From positions 655,647-719,646 of the forward strand of contig NIVC01000268.1 in assembly GCA_002269645.1 (NCBI GenBank): 64,000 nucleotides of DNA. Direction: 5' to 3'. Position 1 is the first letter of the stretch. Every line of letters begins with the position of its first letter. The position numbers were made by a program, and so were the translations under genes. Shown here piece by piece: positions 1 through 10,221 of the stretch. Origin of the DNA: Macrostomum lignano (Eukaryota). The notes below the pieces were generated by a model. The model was given only the letters and a program-made list of their open reading frames with translations. It did not search any database and was not told where the DNA came from.

Positions 1-483
1 TGTATGTATTGCTGCTATCTAATGTTTATATGAATAGCCACAGTTTTATATTTATATGGATTTATACACCATATTTTTAATGCAGTTCCTATTTTTCATA
101 TCAAGAATATTCTTTCAAATGACAAATTTTATCACCCTTATTTAATAGGTGAACATCTATAGACGTCTAAATACATTTGGTACATTCAGGGCATTTGAGC
201 ATCAAGTCAATGACATTTGGTCTATTAGAAAAGTAAGCTGCCTTGCTTTCTTTGTGGTGAGACATTTAAAGCAAATAGTTTGTAGTTTTTTATTAGCAAA
301 TGGCTTTTTATGTTTTGTGTTTATTCCACTAGAATGCATATACAAATTGTGTTGTCAAATGTTCCATCAAATATAAGCTAAACATGTCTAAAAAATTCAA
401 AAAAAATATTCCTGAAAAATTTCCATGCTATATTTGAATAGACTGGTGTGTTGAAAACTAATAGCAAAATTACTTCAACTACA

Positions 484-803
484 ACTACAGCTGAGAGCAT
501 TGCTAGTTTGACTATAACTACTAGAGCTAAGAGCATAGCTAGTTTGACTATAACTACTAGAGCTAAGAGCATAGCCAGTTTGACTATAGCTACTAGAGCT
601 AAGAGCATAGCTAGTTTGACTATAACTACTAGAGCTAAGAGCATAGCTAGTTTGACCATAACTACTAGAGCTAAGAGCATAGCTAGTTTGACCATAACTA
701 CTAGAGCTAAGAGCATAGCTAGTTTGATTATAGCTACTATAGCTAAGAACACAGGTAGTTCAACTACAACCACTACAGCTGAGAGCAAAGCTAGTTTGAC
801 TAT
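484..803. repeat. 36-bp tandem repeat (GCTAGTTTGACTATAACTACTAGAGCTAAGAGCATA), about 7-8 copies
   Basis: Period read directly; it explains the SIASLTITTRAK and antisense hydrophobic ORFs. Confidence 0.9.
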
Positions 804-1809
804 ACTTTATTTATAACATAGGAAATTTATAGTACAACCAATACTTTATGAAAGGGCATTGCCTTCAAAGTTTTTCTAAGTAGTTTTGCATATTGATTTG
901 TAAGAAATGCATCAAATTGGTATGTGTACTAGTTGTTTTTGCTCTCACTTTATAAATCCAACTGTTATGCCAATGCCACCAAGTTGTCACAGCTAGGCAT
1001 CTTTCCTCTCTAATTATATATAATCTTATTCTATTAATTCCTACTCTTTCTAGTAGCTTAATTCTGGTAACTTTCTGGTAGCATTCTAGTAGTGTTTTAT
1101 AGTAGTTTTCTGGTAGTGTTCTGGTAGCTTTCTGATAGCATTTATATATTATTGCCTGAGTAGTCTGAAGGTACATATATATCTTTCTAGTCTCTAAGGC
1201 ATTACCAGGATTAAAGGGTTATAGCAATTACTCTTAGTACTATCTGCATGAATCCTTGATTCCCAAGTTTCAATACTTCTTAGAATAAAATAAGCAATGG
1301 TCTAAGAATAGTACATTAATATCTATACTTTAGGGGCATTATTGGTAATGGGAAAATTAGAGGGCGCCTATGGCCTATGGCGCCCTCTGACTTTCCTATT
1401 AATGCCCTTAAAGCATGGGTATTACTATTATTGTGCCATAGACATTTGTGTCCTTGACAAAGTGGGACAGAAAATGTGAGTAGAAAAGGGGGTGTGGGGG
1501 CAAAGCCCCTATCAAAAGTCATAGACAAATTAGCAAATAAGATTTTTAGCTGTAGTACAATACTAACTTAAGAAGAGAAGAGAAGAGATTAGACTTATCA
1601 CACCACAGACTGCATACGGTTTGACTAAGACAAACTAGATCTAAAAGCATGATCAACTATAGCAATATCACAGAGGGCGAGATAAGTGGATTGAATGCTG
1701 ATGAATTAGAATTTGTATTTGTAACTCGTCAATCTACTAGACGCAGTCATGAATCGGCTGTCTCATAATACGACGGACTTCTATCGGTTGACTCGAGACG
1801 CATCAACAA

Positions 1810-2392
1810 GTTGGGTGCAGCCCATTTCGGCGAAGGAATTTTCGGCAAAAGATGCTTCAGCGAAAGTGAATTTTAAGTTTCAATAGAATATGTACATTTT
1901 GGCAAAAGAAAGTGACCAGTTCAGCAAAAAGATGGGCTACTACATATTATATTGCATATATACCACTTTGGTGATTGAAGCTTTTAATAAATTGTTCATT
2001 GCTGCAAATTATTTGCAGTTAGAAAAATTAAAAAACTCATGACATAGCTTGTAGCTATGTTATGTACATGCGATCTATCAATATGCAGTTGATAGATTAG
2101 GGATGATGATGGTGTGGTTTTTCAGATTAAATCCCAGGCTCCTAAAATTGTACTTTGAAATTCCGCCATAATGGAAGGGCATCTAATAAAACAACTAAAT
2201 TAAACTGCGACAAAACAAAAACATGTTTAGATAAAATTAGTCTTTTCAAAGTTTGTCGTTTTTTTACTTACTTCTAAAACAAAAAACTTCTCAGCAAAGC
2301 TTAGAATAAATTTTTCGCCGAAGGCCCGAAATGGTCATTGTGTAAGTATTTTTTGCCATTATTGACTTTCGCCGAAGTAGGTTAAAACCAAC
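1810..2392. mobile_element. Putative MITE with imperfect terminal inverted repeats (GTTGG-N11-TTCGGCGAA)
   Basis: gttgggtgcagcccatttcggcgaa at about 1810 mirrors ttcgccgaagtaggttaaaaccaac ending about 2392; internal TTCGGCG/CGCCGAA subrepeats; no TSD found. Confidence 0.4.
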
Positions 2393-2399
2393 GAGTTCC

Positions 2400-2770
2400 T
2401 TCTAAACGTGAGTTTCCTGAACTGGACAAGATAGACCTCCAAGAGATAACTAATCTGGAGAAGGCTGCTGTTGTACAATCAATAGAGAAGCAGACAGATG
2501 CCTACTCTGGAAGACTGAAGGCTTTTCTGAGTGAAAGAGGTCTTTCCACTGACATAGAGACTATGCCATCAAGGTATTTATGCCAGTAGGCCTACCTAAG
2601 ACTCTGAGTCTGGTTTTCTATTGTATAGAAAGCTGACAGCTGCGCCTATAGTTGCAGCACACTAGTTTGCATGAGGGCTGCTATTCATCGTTTTCTGCTG
2701 GCCAAGTGGGGTTTGTCTCTGATTAGGAATCCCAACTTTGTTGAGCTTGGACCTATCGCCTGCTTCTAGC
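2400..2770 (+). pseudogene. Degenerate Crypton-like (KCTD1/QRICH1/DUF3504-type) N-terminal fragment
   Basis: Translation through stops gives LKAFLSERGLSTDIETMP...YLRL...KADSCAYSCSTLVCMRAAIHRFL...SLIRNPNF, which resembles the Crypton motif RKxDGxxYxxxTLxxxRAAIxRxL as I recall it. Confidence 0.5.
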
Positions 2771-4201
2771 TAGTGCGTCCAAGGGCGAGTTAATGTCATT
2801 AACTGCCTGCTAATTTGCATTAAATTAAGTTTGACATAGACAGTTTGTTTGATATTTCTTTCCCGCAAGCGGGCTTAAATGTAGTCTATGGCATTAAAAG
2901 GCAAGAATAAGTGCCCGGCGGGCACAAAGGTCATGGTACAATGAATATTGAACATCTACTAAAATGTCTAAATCTACTAGCCTAAAACATGAATACATTT
3001 AATGGCGCTAGAAAAGTTAGTAATTAGCTTAGTTAAAATAGTAACAATCATTTATCAATAAACCAGCAAGCTGAGACAGCAACCAGCATGCTACCATAGT
3101 GTAAATAAATAACTGTAGTCGTGCTGTCAATTCTACATTTTAAGCAAATGTGGCAGGCGAAATGCCATACTGACTTTGCTATATCATCGTTTAACTAAAT
3201 TTTTCATTAATTGCATGCGATTTTTTTCATTTTTCCATTCGCTGTCATCATTCATCTCACTCGTCCTTTAAATGTTTAATTCCCTTTGCTTGACATGGAC
3301 TTTTTTCTTCCTTTTTCTGGTTTTTGCTATCCCTTCTTTGGAACTTTTGTTTTTCTGCGCGCTGTATTAACGTATTTGCGCCTTGTCCACCCCGTTAATT
3401 TTTGTTGCCCATTGCTCAGCCCAGTGCATGTCCCCAGCGTTCGAACAGTTTCTCTGTGTTATTTAAACCGCTGTTCTGAGCCCGGTCTTTTTCATTACTC
3501 TTGCCCTCCGCCTCCCCTCCTCCGCTCTACGTTTTCTCCCGCTCGTTTAGCGTTAAATTTGTGACTGTTTCGTTTAATAACCAAGCTTAATCAGCCAACT
3601 GCAAGTTTTATTAATTTAGTTTAGTTTTCTTTGTAATTAGCACCCCGGTGCCGCTGCAAATTAATCTTGGTCGACAAATATAATTTACCCTAACCTACCT
3701 GCTGCTCATTATCGGACATTTAGTCACCTACTAGTTAATTTAACCAAAATTAATAATTAATAAGTTACGCTAATTATTTATTCGTTGACGTTAAGCCATA
3801 GCCTATCTTGAGTTATTTGTCCGTGGGACGTAAAACAACCAAGTTCTCATCTCAAAGAAAGCTCTGAGACTTATACGTTCCGTAATACGAGAATTACGGT
3901 GGTGGCAGCTCTCTCTACCCTACTGATAGCAATCAGCCTCGCAAATCGATGTGCATCAAATTATAACGGTGTCAGAAACTTCGGTGTCTACCATTTAAAC
4001 GACCGTGCCGCTAAAAACTGCTCGCCTACGATTACAACTACCCTCCCCCTGGAATCGGAGGACCCCGGCAGTCGGAGTAATTAAACAGGAGAAAAAATTT
4101 CGTTGTGATATTCGTCTGCTCAATTTTCCGGATTTATTCGTGCGAACGCAAAAAGCCGATTTAAATTTTTTTTCTCCGCTCCCACCTCACAAACACGGGG
4201 G

Positions 4202-5767
4202 AGTGCAGTTTCGTTCGCGAAATTATTTTTCATTTGAATTTAGCTAAACTAATAATTTTAATTTTATTTGCAATTCTATTGGGAGTGCAAAAAACTGTTG
4301 TAACATGTAAAACTTTTGTTGGCTTGTTTATAACAATAAACGTAACTGTAAACCGGAAAATGAGTTATTAGTTTATATCTATAGTTACGAATCAATCGTT
4401 ACTAGTAATAATGACGGATCCAGTACACACATTGTTGGCAAATGCTGCTTCCGGATCTCCACGCGCACGCCGCCACATGAACTCCTGAATACGGCCCGAA
4501 GAGCTTACCCGAAGTCCCCTTAAGCCACCGGAACTTGGCCTTGCAATGAGCCCATGTGCCCTCTTTGGTGTTCATATACAGGGTCGGGTCATTTTGGGTC
4601 CACAAAATGTAGGCGATGGTTGACAAACTGATGGTTGGCAAGCTGGTTGTAAGCTTGCCAGCCGTCCGTGAGGATTCTAGTACCTGGCAGGACAGGCTGC
4701 TGGATGATGGGCCGCATATAGTGTTGGCAGTCCTCAGGCACCTTGACTATCACGCGCACTTGTTGGTCCCTCTCCACCATTCCAAGGACCAAGGACCCTC
4801 CCGGCCTCCAGGCACCCTGATGGTATAAATTAATTCCTATGGAAGAATTTGCTCTCGTAGATTTCAACGGTTAATTGAACCAGGTCCGCCCAGTTGCACA
4901 GGTTGGTCGAGGAAAAACTGGCTGCAGATATCTCACACAAAGTTAAGCCAATTGACAGCAGTGTGGTCGGCCACCTTGCACTCGTGTATCACCATTGTCT
5001 TGCTTTCATCTCTGGCCCAATAGTACATGTAGATCAGGGTAATGAGCTGCTGGAGTTCCAGATGGCTACTACGTTAAAAGAAACTCGATCCCCTTGCGTA
5101 TATTTACTTGTGATCGACAATTCTTGCAATCCCAGGCGTGCCCATCCAAAGTACCGCTGCCCTTCTCTGCGTTGTAAACTCATTGGTGTACTATACCATC
5201 ACCTGCACCAACAAGGCAGCCACACACTCGTTGATTGTCAATTAGGCCCTAGGTAGACGTCCAGCCATTTTTGGTCGCAGTGGTAAAATATTCTTATAAG
5301 AATACCTTGTGCTTTAGAAAAAATACATTTGGTAAAAAATGCTTTTTGCTATCCCCCCTATACTTAGCAATTATCAGACACCATCCTTTTGGGCCATAGA
5401 TAACTCACAGGGAGACTTTGCCACGTCAACATTATCGATTCAAATCCTCGGCAGTGGCGCGAATTCAAATTCAAATGAAAAATAATTCATGCGTGCGCAT
5501 ATGGAGATCCGGAAGCAGCATTTGCCAACATCCTGTACGCTCGAACTGGATCCGTCATTATTACTAGTAACGATTGATCCGTAACTATTACATATAAACT
5601 ACGAACTCCTTTTCTGGTTTACAGTTACATTTATTGTTATAAACAAACCAAAAAACGTTGTAAATGTTACCACAGTTCCTTGCTCTCCCAGGAGTAAGAA
5701 AATAAAATTAAAATTATTAGTTTAGCTAAATTCAAATGAAAAATAATTTTGCCAACGAAACTGCACT
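4202..5767 (-). mobile_element. Merlin (IS1595/ISXO2-family) DNA transposon, defective, with about 270-bp terminal inverted repeats
   Basis: 4202-4469 is the reverse complement of 5491-5767; the interior encodes a frameshifted Merlin transposase. Confidence 0.85.
4400..5290 (-). pseudogene. Merlin/ISXO2-like DDE transposase pseudogene
   Basis: Motifs in order across frameshifts: WDCKNC..NIRKGSSFF; VNWLNFV.DIC; QLGGPG; VLGMVER; ILTDGWQAY; VNHRLHFVDP; NTKEGTWAHCK; QEFMWRR. Confidence 0.85.
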
Positions 5768-6191
5768 AGTGCCACCTGTAGCTCCTTTAGGTTGATGTCG
5801 AGATGTTAATGAGATTGGTGTTTGGCCTCGTATCAGCTTCATGGACGATTTTGGTTGGTGCTCTGGGCCTTCCAGCCATTGCAATAAGAGTTGGAAAATC
5901 GACCGAAAAGTTTGAGAAAACTGAAAAATCGCAGTAAACTAGGAGATTGCCGTTCTCTGAAAAATGTGAAACTATAGGTTCTTATACGGAATAATAGAAT
6001 AGGTCTAAGTTCACGTATAACCTATATGATAACTTATAAGAGAGACTACTTAAATCACATATTATTCTGACTTAAATTAAGAGAGACAGCTAGTAGAATG
6101 CTCCGTTGGACTCTATACGATTAAAATTGGCGAAACTGATAAATTGAAGTCGGGTTGCCGAATTTCCACTTGAGCAACAAGAAGATATTTT

Positions 6192-6578
6192 GGAGTCAGA
6201 GTCAGATGTCAGAGTCAGAGTCAGAGTCAGATGTCAGAGTCAGAGTCAGATGTCAGAGTCAGAGTCAGATGTCAGAGTCAGAGTCAGATGTCAGAGTCAG
6301 AGTCAGATGTCAGAGTCAGAGTCAGATGTCAGAGTCAGAGTCAGATGTCAGAGTCAGAGTCAGATGTCAGAGTCAGAGTCAGATGTCAGAGTCAGAGTCA
6401 GATGTCAGAGTCAGAGTCAGATGTCAGAGTCAGAGTCAGATGTAAGAGTCAGATCGATGTCAGAGTCAGAGTCAGATGTCAGAGTCAGAATCAGATGTCA
6501 GAGTCAGAGTCAGATGTCAGAGTCAGAGTCAGATGTCAGAGTCAGAATCAGATGTCAGTGTCAGAGTCAGATGCCAGA
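6192..6578. repeat. GAGTCA/GATGTCA low-complexity minisatellite
   Basis: Direct tandem GAGTCAGAGTCAGATGTCA-type units. Confidence 0.95.
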
Positions 6579-7866
6579 GTGGGTCAGAAGTGCATGGCAG
6601 GGCATCATATATACATTACTCTTATCGGATACTCTAAAAGCCGGAAACTTCAAAGGCACAGTGCTATACTGTACATGTGCTGCGTATACATGATCAGTGA
6701 TATTACATGTAGTCAGTGGCTTTGATCTGTATACACCCTGTGCGCTGTGTGACAGCGAGACAGGACTAAAACTTCTCAATCTCCTTTGGTCTAGCAAAGA
6801 CACACCTCTGACTACTAGCTACGGATGTAGTTTAGATCCACATGCAGCTACATGCCTCTAATAAGCTGGCAAACAGAAGCATATATCCAGCCCATTAGCA
6901 CCCAAAATTGCCCTTCCTATTCGCCTATGACGTTCAATACGCGCAGTAAAGAGAAAGAATCATAAAAGAAAATTTCCGTCAACAACTGCAGCTTTTGTTG
7001 AAACATGTGGGATTAACTACTTATCGAATTACGTAAAAAAAATTCTCGATAAAGACTTACGATTCTGAAAACATGAGTGAAAGCAGGAAATTGGAGAAAG
7101 CAATGTTGCTTCTGATCTACACTCTCCCAAAAAGAGACATTACGATGTCTGCTGACGCTTCCCAATAAACCCGCGTCGATGCTATGGCTAAATAGCTAAA
7201 AATGACTATTTTTATGTCGTTATCTATATGCCGGCCAAACGTCAGTGTGATGCAAAAGTACACATTTTCCAGTTACGCACATAAATGTCGGAAAAATATG
7301 AAGAAAGAAAAAGAGAAAATATCTTTCTTTAAAAAGATTTTCATGCTTGGGAAATCCTAAAAAACAAAATCTTGCAACCAATTAGCAGTTAAAGGCAGAA
7401 AATTGTTCGAATAAAGTTAAGCCAATTTTTTTCGCTTTTGATCACACCGACTAAATTGTGCAGGCTTTAGGCTTGATTATTGTCAAAACAAAAATTTAGG
7501 AAAAAAATTGTCGAAATTGCGCTACCGAAACCCGAGCTCGAAGACGGGCCCGCAGGACGGCCAATATGATTTTTGGAATGCAATTAATTGCCCGTTTGGA
7601 AAAATTTGCTGCTTCAAACGCTAGACTAAATCCGCCAAACCCCTTGGGGACTCGAAACCCCGGCCACCCACCGGACTCAGCATTCGAAGCGTCTATAAAA
7701 GACAGTCAGGAAATTCGCCCGAAAGAAAAAAACATCAGCGCTGGGTTTCATTTAAATGTAGCTTCTTATAAAATCGACACTGATTTACACCCCCAGAAGG
7801 TAAGTTTACCAGATCGTCCATATCGATAGTAACATACGAATTCGTCCCACCGCAGAAACTATAAGC

Positions 7867-8367
7867 ATGTCCGTCAAGCTCATTCCGACTCTGCTGTTTC
7901 TGGCATTTTTGTCGGATTATTTCTGCAACGCCTGTTTCATGGAAAACTGCGCGCCCGGCGGGAAGAAGCGATCCAATGAACAGTTGGAGCAGCATAAACA
8001 GTTTGAGCGGCACAGCGTCAGCGGTCCCTGTCTGAGCTGCTCTCACGGCTGGGGCCGCTGCTTTGGCCGCGCCATCTGCTGTCACCCGCGCGGCGGATGT
8101 CGCGTCGGGTTCGGCCCGGACACCGCCGCCTGCCGCCGTCTGCCAGCGAGCGTCCTCGGCTGCGACCGCGTCGCCACCGCCTGCCATGGTGGCAAGGGTC
8201 GCTGCGCTGCCAATGGCATCTGCTGCACTGCTGGTAAACAAAGGTTTAATAAGTGCAATTTCTCCGCAATTTCAATGACCTACACAGTAATTGTTTATTT
8301 CTTAATTTTAGATTCCTGCAAAACAACCAATAAGTGCAAGGATGTCAAGTTTGAAATCAACTACTAA
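7867..8367 (+). CDS. Vasopressin/oxytocin-family prepropeptide (signal peptide, nonapeptide CFMENCAPG, GKKR, neurophysin); exons 7867-8233 and 8312-8367, 140 aa
   Basis: 22-aa hydrophobic leader directly followed by C-x4-C nonapeptide, Gly amide donor and basic cleavage site; removing the GT..AG intron 8234-8311 yields exactly 14 neurophysin Cys, ending GICCTA-DSCKTTNKC. Confidence 0.93.
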   Translation: MSVKLIPTLLFLAFLSDYFCNACFMENCAPGGKKRSNEQLEQHKQFERHSVSGPCLSCSHGWGRCFGRAICCHPRGGCRVGFGPDTAACRRLPASVLGCDRVATACHGGKGRCAANGICCTAGKQRFNKCNFSAISMTYTVIVYFLILDSCKTTNKCKDVKFEINY

Positions 8368-8749
8368 TGCGAGACTTATACATTCCTAAATAAACAAATT
8401 TGCGCGAACTTTTATCCAAGGACTACTGTAGTAGACTACCACAGTGGTCCTTGACTTTACTCCCTAATAAAAGCAGGAATGCACGAAAAATTAAGTTAAA
8501 AGTGCTTTTTGATTTTGATACTTCTGGCAAGAAGAAGTTTTTATTCTGGGATTGTTTTAATTGCAAATCCTGCGCGATCCCGCGGGTCCACAGAAGTAGA
8601 CTATTTGGGAGGGAGCAGGTGCGACAACCAGGAAGAAAGCAGAGGTGAGGAAAGTGGACAATGAAACTGCGAGCTAAAAAATGGATGCCGGGGAGGTTCA
8701 TCCTTCCGGAGAGATTATTCGTGACTATGATTTAGAAACATGACGCTAG

Positions 8750-8808
8750 ACTTTAGGTTTAGGTTTTAGGTTAGGGTTTTGGTTAAATTTAGGGTTAGGG
8801 TTAGGTTT
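8750..8808 (+). repeat. Degenerate interstitial TTAGGG-like repeat
   Basis: ctttaggtttaaggttttaggttagggttttggttaaatttagggttagggttaggttt. Confidence 0.6.
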
Positions 8809-9031
8809 GATGGTTGAATGGTCGCTAATCAATCGTAGTAAGGCCCCAATAATGGAATTCGCAGTAAAGCTCATGGGGAGTTACTGAGATGCTAAGGCCA
8901 TAGGCCATAGAGGGGTTGCTGAGAGGCCAAGGGAGTTTTTGGCAGGCCAATAATCAAAGTGACATCCCTTACCGCCTAGATTGCGTTATTGAGTTTCATG
9001 CTTGCCGTGTCTTTAGTGCCCAATAAGTCAA

Positions 9032-9226
9032 GGACCACTAGAAGCTACCGTTGTATCAGGACGCAACGCGCGTAAATATTGCAAATTTATTTGAAGGCCG
9101 CTTGATGCAATATATTTTTTGCAGACAAAAAGAATAAAACTGAGTCATTTTAACTATTTTTGTCAATAAAATTTCGCAATATTCAAGAGTGTTGCGTCCT
9201 GATACAACGGTAGCTTCTAGTGGTCC
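9032..9226. mobile_element. 195-bp MITE-like element with perfect 36-bp terminal inverted repeats
   Basis: ggaccactagaagctaccgttgtatcaggacgcaac (9032-9067) is the exact reverse complement of 9191-9226; AT-rich core; no TSD seen. Confidence 0.75.
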
Positions 9227-9470
9227 CAGCTCTGGTCAAGATCAGAAGCCGAGCCTCAAACCGGATTTGCCGCAACCCGAGCACTGCTATTGAAGCTGTG
9301 CGGTAGGACTAATGTTTCAGTGTGGCAAGAGTTCGAAGATCTTCAGCTAGTGAAGTACCATCACAGCTGGAAGGAGGGATGGGGGCTTTGATGCCAAAGT
9401 TCACAGGGGATGCTGATGATATCTTCAAGTTGCGCATATCGGACCGAATGATTTTTTGCTTGAATGATAT

Positions 9471-9766
9471 TAATAATTGATTACACCTGTCCCAATTGGG
9501 CCAGATGTGCAACGACAGCTCAGCCGCAGCTATTGCGCGGCGCATCTGAAGGCTGCGTACGGCTGTCCAGTCCAAGGACTGAGGGGTCGCCACACACCCT
9601 CAATTACCCCAGCTAATGCTGGCACCCATTTTACAGCTGGGTGAACTGAAGCAATGCAGAGTTAAGTGTCTTGCTCAAGGACACAATTTGTTCCAATGGG
9701 ATCGGAGAATCGAACCCCCGACCTTCAAGTCGTGAGTCCGACGCTCTCGACCATTGGGCAAGCCCC
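9471..9766 (-). mobile_element. tRNA-derived SINE, copy 1, with a CORE/Meta-like central domain
   Basis: Minus-strand head has A-box and B-box (GGTTCGATTC) like motifs; central GTGTCCTTGAGCAAGACACTTAAC...CAGCTGTAAAATGGG resembles conserved SINE domains; second copy at 33.3 kb. Confidence 0.8.
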
Positions 9767-10221
9767 CTGGCCCCTTGGGATTCAAACATTTAAACAAATA
9801 AGTGACTTTTACGACGTCAAAAGCTACATGTAGTTTATTCAATAGTTTTTATTCCTTCTTTGTTGTCTACCCAAAAAGGGGCCGAAGATTGCTATAGTTT
9901 TTTATAATTTTATAATTTATTAGTACGAAAACTAATCACTATTGCTGTGATAGTTATGTTGGGACCCGACATTCGAGAAAAAAAATTAGTCAAAGAAAAG
10001 GGTAGAAAATTATTTGGGATTAAAAAAACACATGCACTGTAGCAGCGTCTCTATGGATGAGGAAGACTGCCGTCCTTGAGAAGGAAGCTGCAAGCTGCAT
10101 CGACTTCAATGCGGCAGAAAATTTGTCGAATTTATTTTCTTTAGTCCTCGTGCTCCACCTGTTTAAACAAAATACAACATATCACATGCCTATGCATAAC
10201 ACTTCTGTGCTTGGCACGTAT

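Noticed and set aside
378-816. Hydrophobic or Ser/Thr-rich repeat protein
   Set aside because: Both ORFs follow from a 36-bp tandem repeat lacking stops; no splice or domain support
3899-4084. Short ORF with a signal-peptide-like start (VAALSTLLIAISLA)
   Set aside because: GTG start only, no recognisable motif, adjacent to a transposon end
6155-6725. SR/RS-like ORFs (SESESDVRVRVR)
   Set aside because: Translation of a hexamer minisatellite
7867-8367. 166-aa unspliced neuropeptide ORF as the main product
   Set aside because: A canonical 78-bp GT..AG intron restores the 14-Cys neurophysin pattern
9690-9766. tRNA gene
   Set aside because: The tRNA-like segment is the head of a SINE present twice with a shared body; no convincing cloverleaf
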